Positions 34,301 to 44,994 of a DNA stretch of 64,000 nt are shown piece after piece. The stretch is from Puniceicoccaceae bacterium (GTDB lineage: Bacteria > Verrucomicrobiota > Verrucomicrobiia > Opitutales > Coraliomargaritaceae): the NCBI GenBank assembly GCA_003331195.1, contig QOOZ01000044.1:778-64777 (forward strand), written 5' to 3'. Every line of letters starts with the position of its first letter. Within the stretch, counting starts at the first letter, position 1. A model generated the notes under the pieces. That model saw only the letters and a list, made by a program, of their open reading frames with translations, did not search any database and was not told the DNA's origin. Position numbers and translations under genes: made by a program.

Positions 34301-35248
34301 ATGTCAGATTTTTCTTCTAAACCTTCACCTGTGGCTACTTGGTTTTCGCTTGCCTCGCTGAGCCTAGTCTTTGTTGGTGCTTATTTTGTTCTGCGTGCAC
34401 TGCCTGATGTGGAATGTGGTTTATTGCACTACATCGAAATTGTTAATGCGGATGGGGAGATTGAACTCTGTGCGACGAACCATGCCGGCTTTCTGGACCT
34501 TTCGCGGCTTGAGTATCCAATTAAAGCAAAGCTGAGCTCCGGAAGTGCGATCGCGCAAGGCGAGTCTTCACGTGTGCGACTCGACCTGAAGACTACCGGC
34601 GGGATGTCAATCGCGCCTCACGAGTTGGCGGTGACGCATACGGAGAAAATGCACGTCATGGTGATCGATGCTTCGCTTGAAGACTATCACCATTTTCATC
34701 CCGAAGCAGTGGGGCTAGACGGGCAGTATTTTTTCGATTTCACGCCTGCGATGGCGGGTAGCTACAAGGTTTTTACGGAGATCGTGCCTCTGCGCAGTCG
34801 TCGACAAGCGATCGCGCTCTCGGAGCTTGAAGTAACAGGACAATCGAACATGCCAAAGTTTGAGTCCTCCACCGTGAGCTTGATCGACGGTATTCGTTTT
34901 GAATTGCTCAAGGTGCCTGATATTCTTAAGACGGGACGTGACTATCGTCTTCAGCTTCACATTACCGATCCTGCAGGCAATGCGATCACTCTCGAGACCG
35001 TGATGGGTGCAAAGGGGCACATGGTTGCCTTTGACTCGGTCGGTACGGGCTTTGCCCACATGCATCCAATCGGGAGTGTGGCCTCGGTGCGCACGGCGGG
35101 TCTAGGCGGTGGTGGTGCTCTTGATTCCAGCGACACGGATCTAAGCTTCATGTTTAACGTGCCCAACCCAGGCTGGTATCGCCTTTTTGCTCAGATCCAA
35201 GTCAATGGTGAAGCTGTATTTGGGCGATTTGATCTGAAAGTAGAATAA
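34301..35248 (+). CDS. Membrane-anchored putative metal-binding protein with two His-motif repeats
   Basis: N-terminal TM helix; HTEKMH...DYHHFHP...GSYKVF and MGAKGH...FAHMHP...GWYRLFAQ repeats. Confidence 0.7.
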   Translation: MSDFSSKPSPVATWFSLASLSLVFVGAYFVLRALPDVECGLLHYIEIVNADGEIELCATNHAGFLDLSRLEYPIKAKLSSGSAIAQGESSRVRLDLKTTGGMSIAPHELAVTHTEKMHVMVIDASLEDYHHFHPEAVGLDGQYFFDFTPAMAGSYKVFTEIVPLRSRRQAIALSELEVTGQSNMPKFESSTVSLIDGIRFELLKVPDILKTGRDYRLQLHITDPAGNAITLETVMGAKGHMVAFDSVGTGFAHMHPIGSVASVRTAGLGGGGALDSSDTDLSFMFNVPNPGWYRLFAQIQVNGEAVFGRFDLKVE

Positions 35249-35252
35249 AGTT

Positions 35253-35777
35253 ATGGAAGATTTCGAAACCTTTAAAGCCTTACGTCTGAAGATGGACCCT
35301 AGTTCACGTCAATTGACGGATCACCAATGGAAACAATCTTACGCTGCTAACCGAAGTGCGCGTGAGAGGGTAGGCATTAGTGCAGACTCAGATGGGAGGG
35401 GCAATAAGCGCCGGAAATCGAAGTCGGCGAATTCATCCGATGATGCTAGTTTAATCAGGGGTTCGCAACGGCCTAGCACAGTTTCCGGGCCAAGCAATCT
35501 TCGCCAACTCGTGCGTCAGCAATCTGCCTATGCTGATCTGCGTCTAATTATTGACATGCTAGCATGGGTCGCGATTGCATTGTTCTTAATGATTGCGGTA
35601 ATTTCGATGTTTTTCTATACCTCAGCGCCTGTCGCGATCATGGCCCTACTTACGGCGGGGGTGCAAATTATCGGAGTAGTAGTCGCTCGTCTGCTAGTGC
35701 ATGTAGTGGTTGATATTCCTGACATAGCGCTTCACCAGTCATTGCAAAAATCTACCGCAAAGCCTGTTATAACTTAA
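35253..35777 (+). CDS. Hypothetical membrane protein (basic N-terminus, two C-terminal TM helices)
   Basis: 174-aa ORF starting 4 nt after the previous stop; hydropathy pattern. Confidence 0.7.
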   Translation: MEDFETFKALRLKMDPSSRQLTDHQWKQSYAANRSARERVGISADSDGRGNKRRKSKSANSSDDASLIRGSQRPSTVSGPSNLRQLVRQQSAYADLRLIIDMLAWVAIALFLMIAVISMFFYTSAPVAIMALLTAGVQIIGVVVARLLVHVVVDIPDIALHQSLQKSTAKPVIT

Positions 35778-35834
35778 AGCCGGCGTGTGCTGTTTATGAT
35801 TTGCTACGTGACCGTCGAGCGCACTTCTCCTCAC

Positions 35835-36683
35835 CTACCTAGAGTAGCCGATGAGCTCAATTTTTAGCTTCGCGGCTTTTTCCAATAGCATCACCTTATC
35901 AAGCATGATCACACGGCCGACTTCGAGTGCGGCGGTTTGGATGCCTGAATCCAGCATTACCTCAAGGGTGCGCTCGCCAAAGATTGGCACATCAAAACGG
36001 TAGTCGTGCTTACGCTTGACGGCCTTGACAAAAATGAGGCCATCAGTCCTAAAGCTGCCCGCACGGATAAGCATTGGGTCGGTGCCTTCGTAGGCTTCGA
36101 CCGCAAGGACAGTGCCTTTACGAACAACTGTGCCTTGGCCGACGTCTAGCTCGGTGATGCCTTTGGCGACTTGGATACCGTGTTCGATGAACTCTTCTGG
36201 TGCTTTGAGTTCACCTAAGGTCATTAAGCCTTTGCTAGCGAGCTGATCGTCAAGAAAGCAACGTGCATCGAGTATTTTAATATCGATGGTTTCGATTTCT
36301 GTGGCGATGGCACCAAAAATGGTTTCGGCATTTTTGATCTTCAAGCGATTGAGAATGGCGAGCGCCTTTAGGTCAGGATGCAAGCCGTGAAAGAGTCGCT
36401 TAGGGGAGATTTGACCAGCCATCACTGCGTATTTACAGCCCAACTTTTTGAGCGAATTGAGTAACTTACCTAGTTGGCCGACTTTGACTTGCAGATGATC
36501 GTTGTTTGCTGTCGAGTCGATAAGGCTCTGCTCTGTTTCGCCGAGAAAGGAAATAAGACGCAAGGGGATGCCCGCCGCACGGATACGCTCAGCCATCAAG
36601 ACCGGGTAGAGGCCTTTGCCCGCGATTAATCCGATGGGCTGGGAATCGAAGTCGTCGGGCAGAAATTTGGATGTGGGGTGCAT
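35835..36683 (-). CDS. lpxI: UDP-2,3-diacylglucosamine diphosphatase LpxI
   Basis: GLIAGKGLYP, DVGQ, AVEAYEGTD, DYRFDVP. Confidence 0.9.
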   Translation of the reverse strand: MHPTSKFLPDDFDSQPIGLIAGKGLYPVLMAERIRAAGIPLRLISFLGETEQSLIDSTANNDHLQVKVGQLGKLLNSLKKLGCKYAVMAGQISPKRLFHGLHPDLKALAILNRLKIKNAETIFGAIATEIETIDIKILDARCFLDDQLASKGLMTLGELKAPEEFIEHGIQVAKGITELDVGQGTVVRKGTVLAVEAYEGTDPMLIRAGSFRTDGLIFVKAVKRKHDYRFDVPIFGERTLEVMLDSGIQTAALEVGRVIMLDKVMLLEKAAKLKIELIGYSR

Positions 36684-36852
36684 TTTATTTGTGAAGTGTG
36701 TTGGCTGGTGCAGGTTCAAGTTTAGGAATCGTAGTAAACGCACGGAGCGTTTCTGTGTCTCGAAAGTGCTTATTGCAATTGCCCTTAGGGAATTCTTAGT
36801 TGCTAGGCAGGATGGCTTCCCAATTGATTGATGTCATTGTTTCCTGAAAAAA

Positions 36853-37872
36853 TTATTCTTCGAATTGATAAGGACGAAAGCTAGGTTGTTGAAAATATTG
36901 TGGTCTGACAATAAGAACTGGTTCTGGCGGTAGCCCAGTTAAGTCATTTGCTTGAAAAGTGACGCGCTTGCTGGCATGCTGTGCGGCTTGGCAGAAGCGA
37001 ATTTGTTCTACTTCGAGTGACTCCACAGCTGAGGTCTTGGCTACCCTTTGGCGCTCCATGCTTTGATCACTAATGCGAATACATTTGGGTGCTGAGACGA
37101 ACTCGCGTGATTGACTGTCAGGGTAGTAATAGGTTAAATTACCCTCATAGGCTGTGATATGCAGGCCAGTTGCATCTAGGCTGATCAGACAGGTTCCCTT
37201 GTGTAGACGCAGTTCACCTTTTGGTAATTGAATACGTAAATCGGATATCGGAGAGAGCCGACTGCTGGCGACAGCAATCTGCCCATCTATCAAGCGTAGT
37301 TTTAAATTGGATTCAGATGGTTCGAGGTCGAGGGCTTGATCTTCTTTGTCGAAAGGGCGCTGAGTGTAATCAATGCACCGTACGACGCTTGCCTCATTGA
37401 GAGCGACAGCGACGCCATTAGAAAAAGTTAGGAAAATACGAGCATCCTTTTTTGTGGATAGAGTCAGACCTACTGGGTCTAGGATCTCGTGCGAAGCGGT
37501 AGAAACTCCTTCGCCAGACGCGTCGATCGCAGAGACGGAGCCGCTTCGACTAGTAACGATAGCACTACCTTCGATCATTGTTTGAGCTTGGAGCGGGGAG
37601 AAAATAAACAAAGCGGCCACTAGGCGTACTGTGCGATGTAGGTGCTTTACTTGTGAAGTTGGTCGAGTAAGAGCTGATGTGCGGCGGTTTTTAAAACTGT
37701 AGCTACCTAGGGCGCAGAATCGCGATAGGGCACAAATACGGCTTCTGTTATGTCTGTCGGAGTTTGAACATGCCCCTGCAATATGTGGTACCGACCAGCT
37801 GGTTTCCGTCAGATGCTTCGAGCTGTTCACAGGCAAGCGGCGGTTAGAGAACCCATTTGATGTTATATTCAT
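36853..37872 (-). CDS. FecR-like beta-domain exported protein
   Basis: LSTKKDARIFLTFSNGVAVALNEAS and LRIQLPKGELRLHKGT...ITAYEG resemble the FecR domain; true start uncertain. Confidence 0.55.
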   Translation of the reverse strand: MNITSNGFSNRRLPVNSSKHLTETSWSVPHIAGACSNSDRHNRSRICALSRFCALGSYSFKNRRTSALTRPTSQVKHLHRTVRLVAALFIFSPLQAQTMIEGSAIVTSRSGSVSAIDASGEGVSTASHEILDPVGLTLSTKKDARIFLTFSNGVAVALNEASVVRCIDYTQRPFDKEDQALDLEPSESNLKLRLIDGQIAVASSRLSPISDLRIQLPKGELRLHKGTCLISLDATGLHITAYEGNLTYYYPDSQSREFVSAPKCIRISDQSMERQRVAKTSAVESLEVEQIRFCQAAQHASKRVTFQANDLTGLPPEPVLIVRPQYFQQPSFRPYQFEE

Positions 37873-40434
37873 TTATATCGCTACGATATTAACAATCTTA
37901 CCTGGCACATAGATCTCCTTTTTAATCTCTTTTCCCTCGATGAAGCTCTGCACGCGTTCGTTCGACTTGGCTGCGGTAATGGCAGCGTCTTTAGAGGTGT
38001 TGGCAGCCATCTCGGCGTCACCACGATACTTGCCGTTGACTTGGAAAATGATCTTCACGCTGTTTACGACCAGCTGGCGCTCATCGTGTTCCGGCCAACC
38101 AGCCTCGGCGATGCTGCCATTGTGGCCGAGGCTCTGCCAGAGCTCCTCGCTGATGTGTGGAGCTAGGGGAGCGACTAACTTGACTAAAGTTTCAACCGAA
38201 TGCTTGGCGACTGATTCGCCTTGGGAGAGTTCTTTGACGCAAATCATCATTTGTGCGATCGCAGTGTTAAAGCCAAGTGCCGTATAGTCTTGCGTGACTT
38301 TCTTGATTGTCTGGTGCAGAACGCGAAGCTTTTTGTCTTCCTCGGCATCGACAGACATACGTGATTCATCGGTGGCTAGGCTCCAGACTCGACGGAGGAA
38401 ACGGGCGATGCCCTCAATGCCTTTAGTGTTCCAAGGCTTCATCGCCTCGAGTGGTCCCAAGAACATAAGGTAGAGGCGCAGCGTATCGGCACCATAGCTC
38501 TCGATAATAGTCTCGGGGTTGACCACATTACCCCTGCTTTTGGACATTTTCTCGCCGTCTTCACCTAAGATGATGCCTTGGTGGAAGAGCTTTTTAAATG
38601 GCTCAGGATCGCTGACTAAACCAATATCGTAAAGAATATGATGCCAGAAACGAGCGTAGAGCAGGTGAAGTACCGCGTGCTCAGCACCACCGATATAGAG
38701 ATCGGGTGTGCCCCAATATTTTTCCTTTTCGGGATTAATTAGCGATTCGGTGTTCTTCGGATCTAGGTAGCGCAGATAATACCAACAGGAGCCTGCCCAT
38801 TGTGGCATGGTATTTGTTTCGCGGATGCCCAGCAACCAGCCTTCTTTGGCCTCCGCAGAGCTTGCGCCTGTCTTGGGGTCGATAAAGACTTTGAGCCAAT
38901 CATCCGCTTTGGAGAGGGGACTTTGGCCATCGGGTGAGGGTGTGTAGCTCTCGACTGCAGGGAGTTCAAGCGGCAGCTCACTTTCTGGCAGTATAATGGC
39001 GTAGAGTAACTCACCGCCCACTTCGCAGGTGACTGGGCGCTCGACGGATTTAAGTGAGTCGTCGACCTGAGAATAGTCGCTTTCTTTGAGCCAAATGACA
39101 GGGAAGGGCTCACCCCAATAGCGTTGGCGCGAGAATAGCCAGTCACGCAGTTTGAAATTGATGGTAGCTTTGCCGCGCTTGTCGGCAGCTAGTTGCTCGA
39201 CGACTGCATTTTTAGCAGATTCTGAGTCCTTATTGCTATGCTCGCCGGAGTTGATTAATTTGCCGTCGCCCGTGTAGGCTTCGGCGAGGCCGCCTTTGGC
39301 GTCTTTTTTAGCAGAGCCGCCATCGTCGATTACTTGTATTATTTCGAGGCCAAATTCTCTGGCAAATTCAAAGTCGCGCACGTCATGCGCGGGAACTGCC
39401 ATGATCGCGCCAGTGCCATAGGTCATGAGCACATAGTCGGCCACCCAGATGGGGATTTCTTTGCCGTTGACTGGGTTGATTGCGTAGGCGCCAGTCCATA
39501 CGCCAGTCTTTTCTTTGGCTAGTTCGGCGCGCTCTAGGTCGGACTTACTTTTGGCTTTTTCAACGTATACAGAAATTTTGTGTTGTTGGTCGGCGCTAGC
39601 TATTGAATCGAGTAAGGGGTGCTCAGGCGCGATCACCATATAGGTGGCGCCGTAAAGTGTATCGGGGCGGGTCGTGAAGACAGTTAGCTGAGCGTCATGC
39701 CCGGACAGATCAAAGGTGATTTCGGCACCTTCGGAGCGACCAATCCAGTTTTCCTGTAAGCGCTTGGTTGAGTCTGGCCAGTCGAGATCCTTGAGTCCGG
39801 CGATGAGACGTTCGGCGTATTCGGTAATGCGTAGCACCCATTGGCGGATCGGGCGCCTCTCGACGGGGAAGCTACCACGCTCAGAGCGGGGACCTTCAGG
39901 GGTGTTGAGCACTTCTTCGTTGGCAAGGACGGTGCCGAGGTCGGGACAAAACCAGACGGGTTTTTCATCCACATAAGCGAGACCCTTTTTGAAAAGTTGC
40001 ATAAAGATCCATTGCGTCCACTTGAAGTAGCCAGGATCGGTTGTGTTGACCTCGCGGTTCCAGTCGTAAGCGAATCCTAGCTGGGTCAGTTGTTTGGTAA
40101 AATTGGCGACGTTCTGCTTAGTGGTGGTGGCGGGGTGGGTCCCCGTTTTAATCGCGTATTGCTCAGTAGGTAGGCCAAAGGCATCCCAGCCCATTGGGTG
40201 GAGCACGTTGTAACCTTGCGCCTTCTTAAAGCGTTTGAGCGCATCGCTGGCGGTGTAGCCTTCTGGATGCCCGATATGCAATCCCGCGCCCGATGGGTAG
40301 GGAAACATATCTAGCACGTAGAAGGTTGGTTTATCTTCGAAGTCTTTGGCTTCGAAGGTGTGATTGTTGGCCCAGAATGCCTGCCATTTGGGCTCGATAC
40401 TGGAAAAGTTGTATTCTTGGGTCGTATTAGCCAT
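37873..40434 (-). CDS. leuS: Leucine--tRNA ligase
   Basis: [20 protein letters not shown] editing domain, [14 protein letters not shown]. Confidence 0.99.
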   Translation of the reverse strand: MANTTQEYNFSSIEPKWQAFWANNHTFEAKDFEDKPTFYVLDMFPYPSGAGLHIGHPEGYTASDALKRFKKAQGYNVLHPMGWDAFGLPTEQYAIKTGTHPATTTKQNVANFTKQLTQLGFAYDWNREVNTTDPGYFKWTQWIFMQLFKKGLAYVDEKPVWFCPDLGTVLANEEVLNTPEGPRSERGSFPVERRPIRQWVLRITEYAERLIAGLKDLDWPDSTKRLQENWIGRSEGAEITFDLSGHDAQLTVFTTRPDTLYGATYMVIAPEHPLLDSIASADQQHKISVYVEKAKSKSDLERAELAKEKTGVWTGAYAINPVNGKEIPIWVADYVLMTYGTGAIMAVPAHDVRDFEFAREFGLEIIQVIDDGGSAKKDAKGGLAEAYTGDGKLINSGEHSNKDSESAKNAVVEQLAADKRGKATINFKLRDWLFSRQRYWGEPFPVIWLKESDYSQVDDSLKSVERPVTCEVGGELLYAIILPESELPLELPAVESYTPSPDGQSPLSKADDWLKVFIDPKTGASSAEAKEGWLLGIRETNTMPQWAGSCWYYLRYLDPKNTESLINPEKEKYWGTPDLYIGGAEHAVLHLLYARFWHHILYDIGLVSDPEPFKKLFHQGIILGEDGEKMSKSRGNVVNPETIIESYGADTLRLYLMFLGPLEAMKPWNTKGIEGIARFLRRVWSLATDESRMSVDAEEDKKLRVLHQTIKKVTQDYTALGFNTAIAQMMICVKELSQGESVAKHSVETLVKLVAPLAPHISEELWQSLGHNGSIAEAGWPEHDERQLVVNSVKIIFQVNGKYRGDAEMAANTSKDAAITAAKSNERVQSFIEGKEIKKEIYVPGKIVNIVAI

Positions 40435-40557
40435 TTCGAGAAAACGGCGGATTTAGAAGCCTGCTTGGGCGCCCGTCAATGTCGGAAGGTTGATTTGCCA
40501 GTGTCAGCTTCATTCTTGATTTATACTTCTGAACAAATAATAGTATTTATTACATCA

Positions 40558-41106
40558 ATGAAAGTACGGTTACCTCTACTAGTTTGTTGTTTGTTTGCCC
40601 TATTAATGACGATTTCATTACTGGAGGCTAATCCACGTACAGTCGGAATTGCGGGTAAGCGAGCTACTTCAGTTGAAGGACAACGCGTTGAGAAAAAACT
40701 CTGGGCCCAGCCGCAGACTAATTTTATGATGAACAAGACCTTTCCCATTGAGCAATGGGATAAGCATTTCTCATCGCTCGGAAGCAAGCGTGCGCCGATC
40801 TCTTTAAGCGAAGATAAGGACAAGCAGCTATTCAAAACAAAGATGCTTGACCAAAAGATGGTACGTTTTGAAATGTCGCAATGGAATGAGCAGCTGAGTG
40901 ATCTCCATAAAAAGGCGGGTATAGAAATGGATGATAAGGCGCGTCTAGTAGCGAATCAAAAGCTTTACTATATGATGTTGCAAGATTCTCAGAAGTACAG
41001 CGGCATGGCAGACAAACTTTCGCTACGCGAATTAAATCGCTTCCAGTTCCGTCGGAATCGCTCGGACAGTGACATCCCGGTTGAAAGGGCTGGCTCAAGT
41101 CGATGA
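40558..41106 (+). CDS. Hypothetical exported protein
   Basis: ATG 40558 begins a signal peptide (MKVRLPLLVCCLFALL); no recognisable family. Confidence 0.7.
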   Translation: MKVRLPLLVCCLFALLMTISLLEANPRTVGIAGKRATSVEGQRVEKKLWAQPQTNFMMNKTFPIEQWDKHFSSLGSKRAPISLSEDKDKQLFKTKMLDQKMVRFEMSQWNEQLSDLHKKAGIEMDDKARLVANQKLYYMMLQDSQKYSGMADKLSLRELNRFQFRRNRSDSDIPVERAGSSR

Positions 41107-41271
41107 AACGAACCGGTGAAGTTTTATAAGGCATAGTCCCATTTGCTGAGCTATTTCACGCCTTTGGTATTGCTTAGGGTGCTTTTTGCTGGCTTTCAAT
41201 CGATTACTTAAGGGCAGGCTAAGGTAAAAGGAGCTTGCCTAGAAGCAAACCTCAGATTTTTTCTGAAGGCT

Positions 41272-42894
41272 ATGAAAACGATGTCTGCCGTCCACTATTT
41301 AATCATTGCTCTCGGTCTCTTTGCTGCATCCCATGTTTTTGCTAGTGGTGGTGGCGGGGGATCGCAAGGCGGTGATCATGTTTTCCCGATTCCAGAGACG
41401 GTTTATTCGGAAATGGAGGCACACCATGTCGAGGAGTTCGGGCATGAGCTTGGGCTGATCGAGCAGTTGAAGATCCGCGCGGCAGCTGATCCTTTTAATG
41501 TGGTCGCGACGATCATTTTCTTTCTCGCCGTGGTGCATACCTTTCTAGCAAATACTTTTAACAAGATGGCGCATAAGTTCGAGCTTGAGCACCGTGTAAA
41601 TGTCAGTTCAGACGAGAGGATTTATGTGGAGGGACGGCAACCTGTTAGTTTTAAAGCTACGCTTTTTCACTTTCTTGGTGAAGTGGAAGCGATCTTTGGA
41701 ATCTGGCTGATTCCGCTACTGATTTCACTCGTGCTTATGGAGCCTGATGGCTTCGCTACAGTAGCCTTCTACATAGACACGCGAAACTATACGGAGCCAA
41801 TCTTTGTCGTCATCATTATGGCGATTGCATCCAGTCGCCCCGTGATTCAAATCGCCGAATCTGCGATGCGGAGCGTGGCTTCAATCGGCAAGGAAAGCCC
41901 TGCTGCTTGGTGGCTCTCGATTCTGATCGTCGCGCCAGTGCTTGGTTCGTTTATTACCGAACCTGCTGCCATGACGATTGCAGCGCTCTTGCTTGGGCAA
42001 CAATTTTACCAGCTCGATCCTACGCCGACATTTAAATACGCTACACTCGGTTTACTCTTCGTGAACATCTCTGTCGGTGGCACACTGACGCACTTTGCTG
42101 CACCTCCAGTACTTATGGTGGCTGATACCTGGCATTGGGATCTGCCCTACATGTTCACAAATTTTGGTTGGCGTGCCGTGCTAGGGGTCATCGTGGCGAC
42201 AGCGATCTACTATTTCATCTTTCGTAAAAACTTTGCCTCTCTCAAGGAGCGTGCTAACGAGTTCAAGGCGTCAAAGGCTGCCGAACCAAAACCTACGCCG
42301 GCACCATTTTGGGTGATCTTCGTTCACCTTGGTTTTGTTGCTTGGACAGTGCTTACACTGCACCATCCAGCCTTCTTCATAGGTGGCTTCCTCTTCTTCC
42401 TCGCGTTCACGATGGCAACGCACCATCATCAATACGATATTCAGTTAAAGTCGCCGCTTCTGGTTGGCTTTTTCCTCGCAGGGCTCGTCACGCATGGAGG
42501 TTTGCAGGGCTGGTGGATTTCCCCAGTGCTTAGCTCGCTGTCGGAAGTACCACTTTTTATAGGGGCGACTATATTAACCGCGTTTAATGATAACGCCGCG
42601 ATTACATTCCTAGCCTCGCAAGTGCCCGCCTTCAGTCCCGATATCCTTGTGGCAGACAATTGGGTCTCCAAGACTGGTAGCGCCCTCGCCAATGCCCGCG
42701 GGCTAGAATACGCTGTTGTAGCCGGAGCCGTTACCGGCGGTGGCCTCACGGTGATCGCCAATGCACCCAACCCCGCTGGCCAGAGCATTTTGAATAAGCA
42801 CTTCAAGAATGGTATCTCACCCATTGGGCTACTCCTTGGTGCGCTCTTTCCAACTCTAATCATGGCAGTTATGTTTATGGTTTTGCCTCACTAG
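41272..42894 (+). CDS. Putative Na+/H+ antiporter (DUF1504-like, ion transporter superfamily)
   Basis: HFLGEVEAIFG, GSFITEPAAMT, NISVGGTLTHFAAPP, DNAA, AGAVTGGGLTVIANAPNPAG. Confidence 0.85.
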   Translation: MKTMSAVHYLIIALGLFAASHVFASGGGGGSQGGDHVFPIPETVYSEMEAHHVEEFGHELGLIEQLKIRAAADPFNVVATIIFFLAVVHTFLANTFNKMAHKFELEHRVNVSSDERIYVEGRQPVSFKATLFHFLGEVEAIFGIWLIPLLISLVLMEPDGFATVAFYIDTRNYTEPIFVVIIMAIASSRPVIQIAESAMRSVASIGKESPAAWWLSILIVAPVLGSFITEPAAMTIAALLLGQQFYQLDPTPTFKYATLGLLFVNISVGGTLTHFAAPPVLMVADTWHWDLPYMFTNFGWRAVLGVIVATAIYYFIFRKNFASLKERANEFKASKAAEPKPTPAPFWVIFVHLGFVAWTVLTLHHPAFFIGGFLFFLAFTMATHHHQYDIQLKSPLLVGFFLAGLVTHGGLQGWWISPVLSSLSEVPLFIGATILTAFNDNAAITFLASQVPAFSPDILVADNWVSKTGSALANARGLEYAVVAGAVTGGGLTVIANAPNPAGQSILNKHFKNGISPIGLLLGALFPTLIMAVMFMVLPH

Positions 42895-43089
42895 GCTGAT
42901 GGATAAGAGGAACCAATACGTGGAATGTAGTTGATTTGATCAACTTCCGCGTGCGGCTCAAAGCTGAGTTCCAGTCCAGTAATCGTGAGCTGTATAAGGA
43001 CGAAGCGGTCTTGGGGGTGAGTCAATGATTGCTGCAAGCATTCTCGTCCCGTGTTGCAAGGCCTAGCTAAAGCAATTTCAGCCGTTCGA

Positions 43090-43932
43090 CTATTCTTTTA
43101 CTAATTCTATAGACTCTTCGGTGAACTGAATTCGCCGCTCTTTGTAAAGTTTACCCAGACCTTGCTTGAAGGCCTTTTTGCTGGTGTCGAAGGTCGCGCG
43201 GATGTCTTCGGGGCTGCTTTTATCGTTGAAGGGCATTTTACCGCCAGCTGCTTCGAGCTTTTTTAGGATGACTTGGCTCACGCCAGTCACGCGACCGTAG
43301 CCGGAGGGGTCACGGCGGAGATCGATTTTGCCGTCGTTGTGCACCTTCTTGATGTAACCAGTGAACTGGTCGCCGGGTTCTAATACATCGGAGGTCTCTT
43401 CGTGGTAGAGAAGGCCTCGGTAGCGCTTATCGATGATCGACTTGAAGCCTAAGGGTGAATCGCCGTAGATAAGAACTTGCACAGCATCGCCAACTTCGTA
43501 GGGAGGCTTCTCGGGCGGCAAGTGATTGTGGAGGCGAGTGGAGGCTACGATGCGGTTGGTATAATCGTCTACATAGACAGCCACGACGGCGCCGTCACCT
43601 TCAGTATAGTGAACGTCACCTTGTTCGCGGTAAGGCAGCAGTAGATCTTTACTCAAGCCCCAGTCGAGGAAGGCTCCGGCGGTGGGGTGAACACTGATCA
43701 CTTCGAGATAGGCGAATTCGCCGACCTTAGCGAGAGGGGTCTCGGTAGTAGCGACGAGTCGGTCTTCGGAGTCATTATAGACGAAACACTCGACTCCGGA
43801 GCCGATAGTCATCTCGGGCATGACATAACGAGTGGGCATGAGGATTTTATCATGCTGTCCACCATCGAGGTAAAGGCCGTGGTCGCTCTTTTCCAATACG
43901 GTGAGGGTGTTGTATTTTCCGATATCGGCCAT
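43090..43932 (-). CDS. CvfB family S1 RNA-binding protein
   Basis: [46 protein letters not shown]. Confidence 0.9.
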   Translation of the reverse strand: MADIGKYNTLTVLEKSDHGLYLDGGQHDKILMPTRYVMPEMTIGSGVECFVYNDSEDRLVATTETPLAKVGEFAYLEVISVHPTAGAFLDWGLSKDLLLPYREQGDVHYTEGDGAVVAVYVDDYTNRIVASTRLHNHLPPEKPPYEVGDAVQVLIYGDSPLGFKSIIDKRYRGLLYHEETSDVLEPGDQFTGYIKKVHNDGKIDLRRDPSGYGRVTGVSQVILKKLEAAGGKMPFNDKSSPEDIRATFDTSKKAFKQGLGKLYKERRIQFTEESIELVKE

Positions 43933-44083
43933 GTCGTTGTTTGTTAAATTTATAGTGTGGTAATTATGCAAACCCTCTCACCTGCCAAGTGAGTGACCCC
44001 TATATGTCAGGGGAGAAGTTGTTGCCACTCATGCTAATTGGTAAGGGAGATAAATTTGACCGATTTGGGTGGTCTATTCTTAA

Positions 44084-44968
44084 TTAATTAATGCGAGTCT
44101 CCAAATCGCGGACGAGTTCAAGCAATGTTTGATTTTTACCGCCAATGGATTCGAGTGCGGTCAAGGCGGCTTCAGTGTGACGTTTGGCTTCAGCTTGGGC
44201 GCCTTCGATTCCGTGGAGGGCGACGTAAGTAGATTTGGCTGCTGCGGCGTCCTTACCGACGGGTTTACCCAAGGTTATAGTGTCGGAGGTGGCGTCAAGG
44301 ATGTCGTCGACTATCTGGAAGGAGAGACCTAGATGATAGCCAGCGTCTTGCATATACTGTCGCTGTGTCTTGTTCGGCCGTGAAAAGGCATGCCCCATCT
44401 TAAGGGCGGCAGCAAGGAGGGCCGCGGTTTTATTTTCGTGAATGTAGCGTAGGGTGTCGGAATCGAGTTGTTTACCTTCATTTTCGACATCTTCTTGCTG
44501 GCCGCCGATGAGTCGCTCACTTCCACTGGCGTCAGCGAGTATAGTGATTAGGCGGGTGGCAAGTGAGGGAAGGTCTCCATACTCACGTGCGAGTAATTGA
44601 AAGGCACAGGTAAGCAGGGCGTCGCCTGCCAATATGGCGGTGGCCTCGTCGAATTGCGCATGGCAACTAGGTCGGCCGCGGCGCAGGTCGCTGTCGTCAA
44701 TTGAGGGCAAGTCGTCATGGATCAGTGTGTAAGTGTGCAGACATTCTATGGCGACGGCGGCGGCGGTAGGGTCTACCTCGGAAGCGAAGAGCTCGGAAGC
44801 AGCAAAGAGTAGAGCAGGGCGAATGCGCTTGCCGCCAACTTTCATCGAGTAGCGCATGGCGGCATGCAATTTAGCTGGGCGCGTTTCTGCGACAGGCAGT
44901 AGTTGGTCGATACCGCTTTCAACGCGGGCACGATAAGCTTCCAATTTTCCTTTTAATGCAACATTCAC
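44084..44968 (-). CDS. ispA: Polyprenyl (farnesyl/geranylgeranyl) diphosphate synthase
   Basis: GGKRIRP, LIHDDLP..DDSDLRRG, FQIVDDILD, GKPVGKD, KSTY. Confidence 0.92.
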   Translation of the reverse strand: MNVALKGKLEAYRARVESGIDQLLPVAETRPAKLHAAMRYSMKVGGKRIRPALLFAASELFASEVDPTAAAVAIECLHTYTLIHDDLPSIDDSDLRRGRPSCHAQFDEATAILAGDALLTCAFQLLAREYGDLPSLATRLITILADASGSERLIGGQQEDVENEGKQLDSDTLRYIHENKTAALLAAALKMGHAFSRPNKTQRQYMQDAGYHLGLSFQIVDDILDATSDTITLGKPVGKDAAAAKSTYVALHGIEGAQAEAKRHTEAALTALESIGGKNQTLLELVRDLETRIN

Positions 44969-44994
44969 TACTATAACCCATAGTATATTTTTTT

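Noticed and set aside
42895-43089. Coding-like fragment (FRVRLKAEFQSSNRELYKDEAVLG) and a GTTGAT-N3-ATCAAC dyad
   Set aside because: Too short to assign; lies between convergent genes, so an operator role is unlikely
43972-44015. Two small tandem hairpins upstream of the CvfB gene
   Set aside because: Stems are only 5 bp and match no riboswitch I recognise
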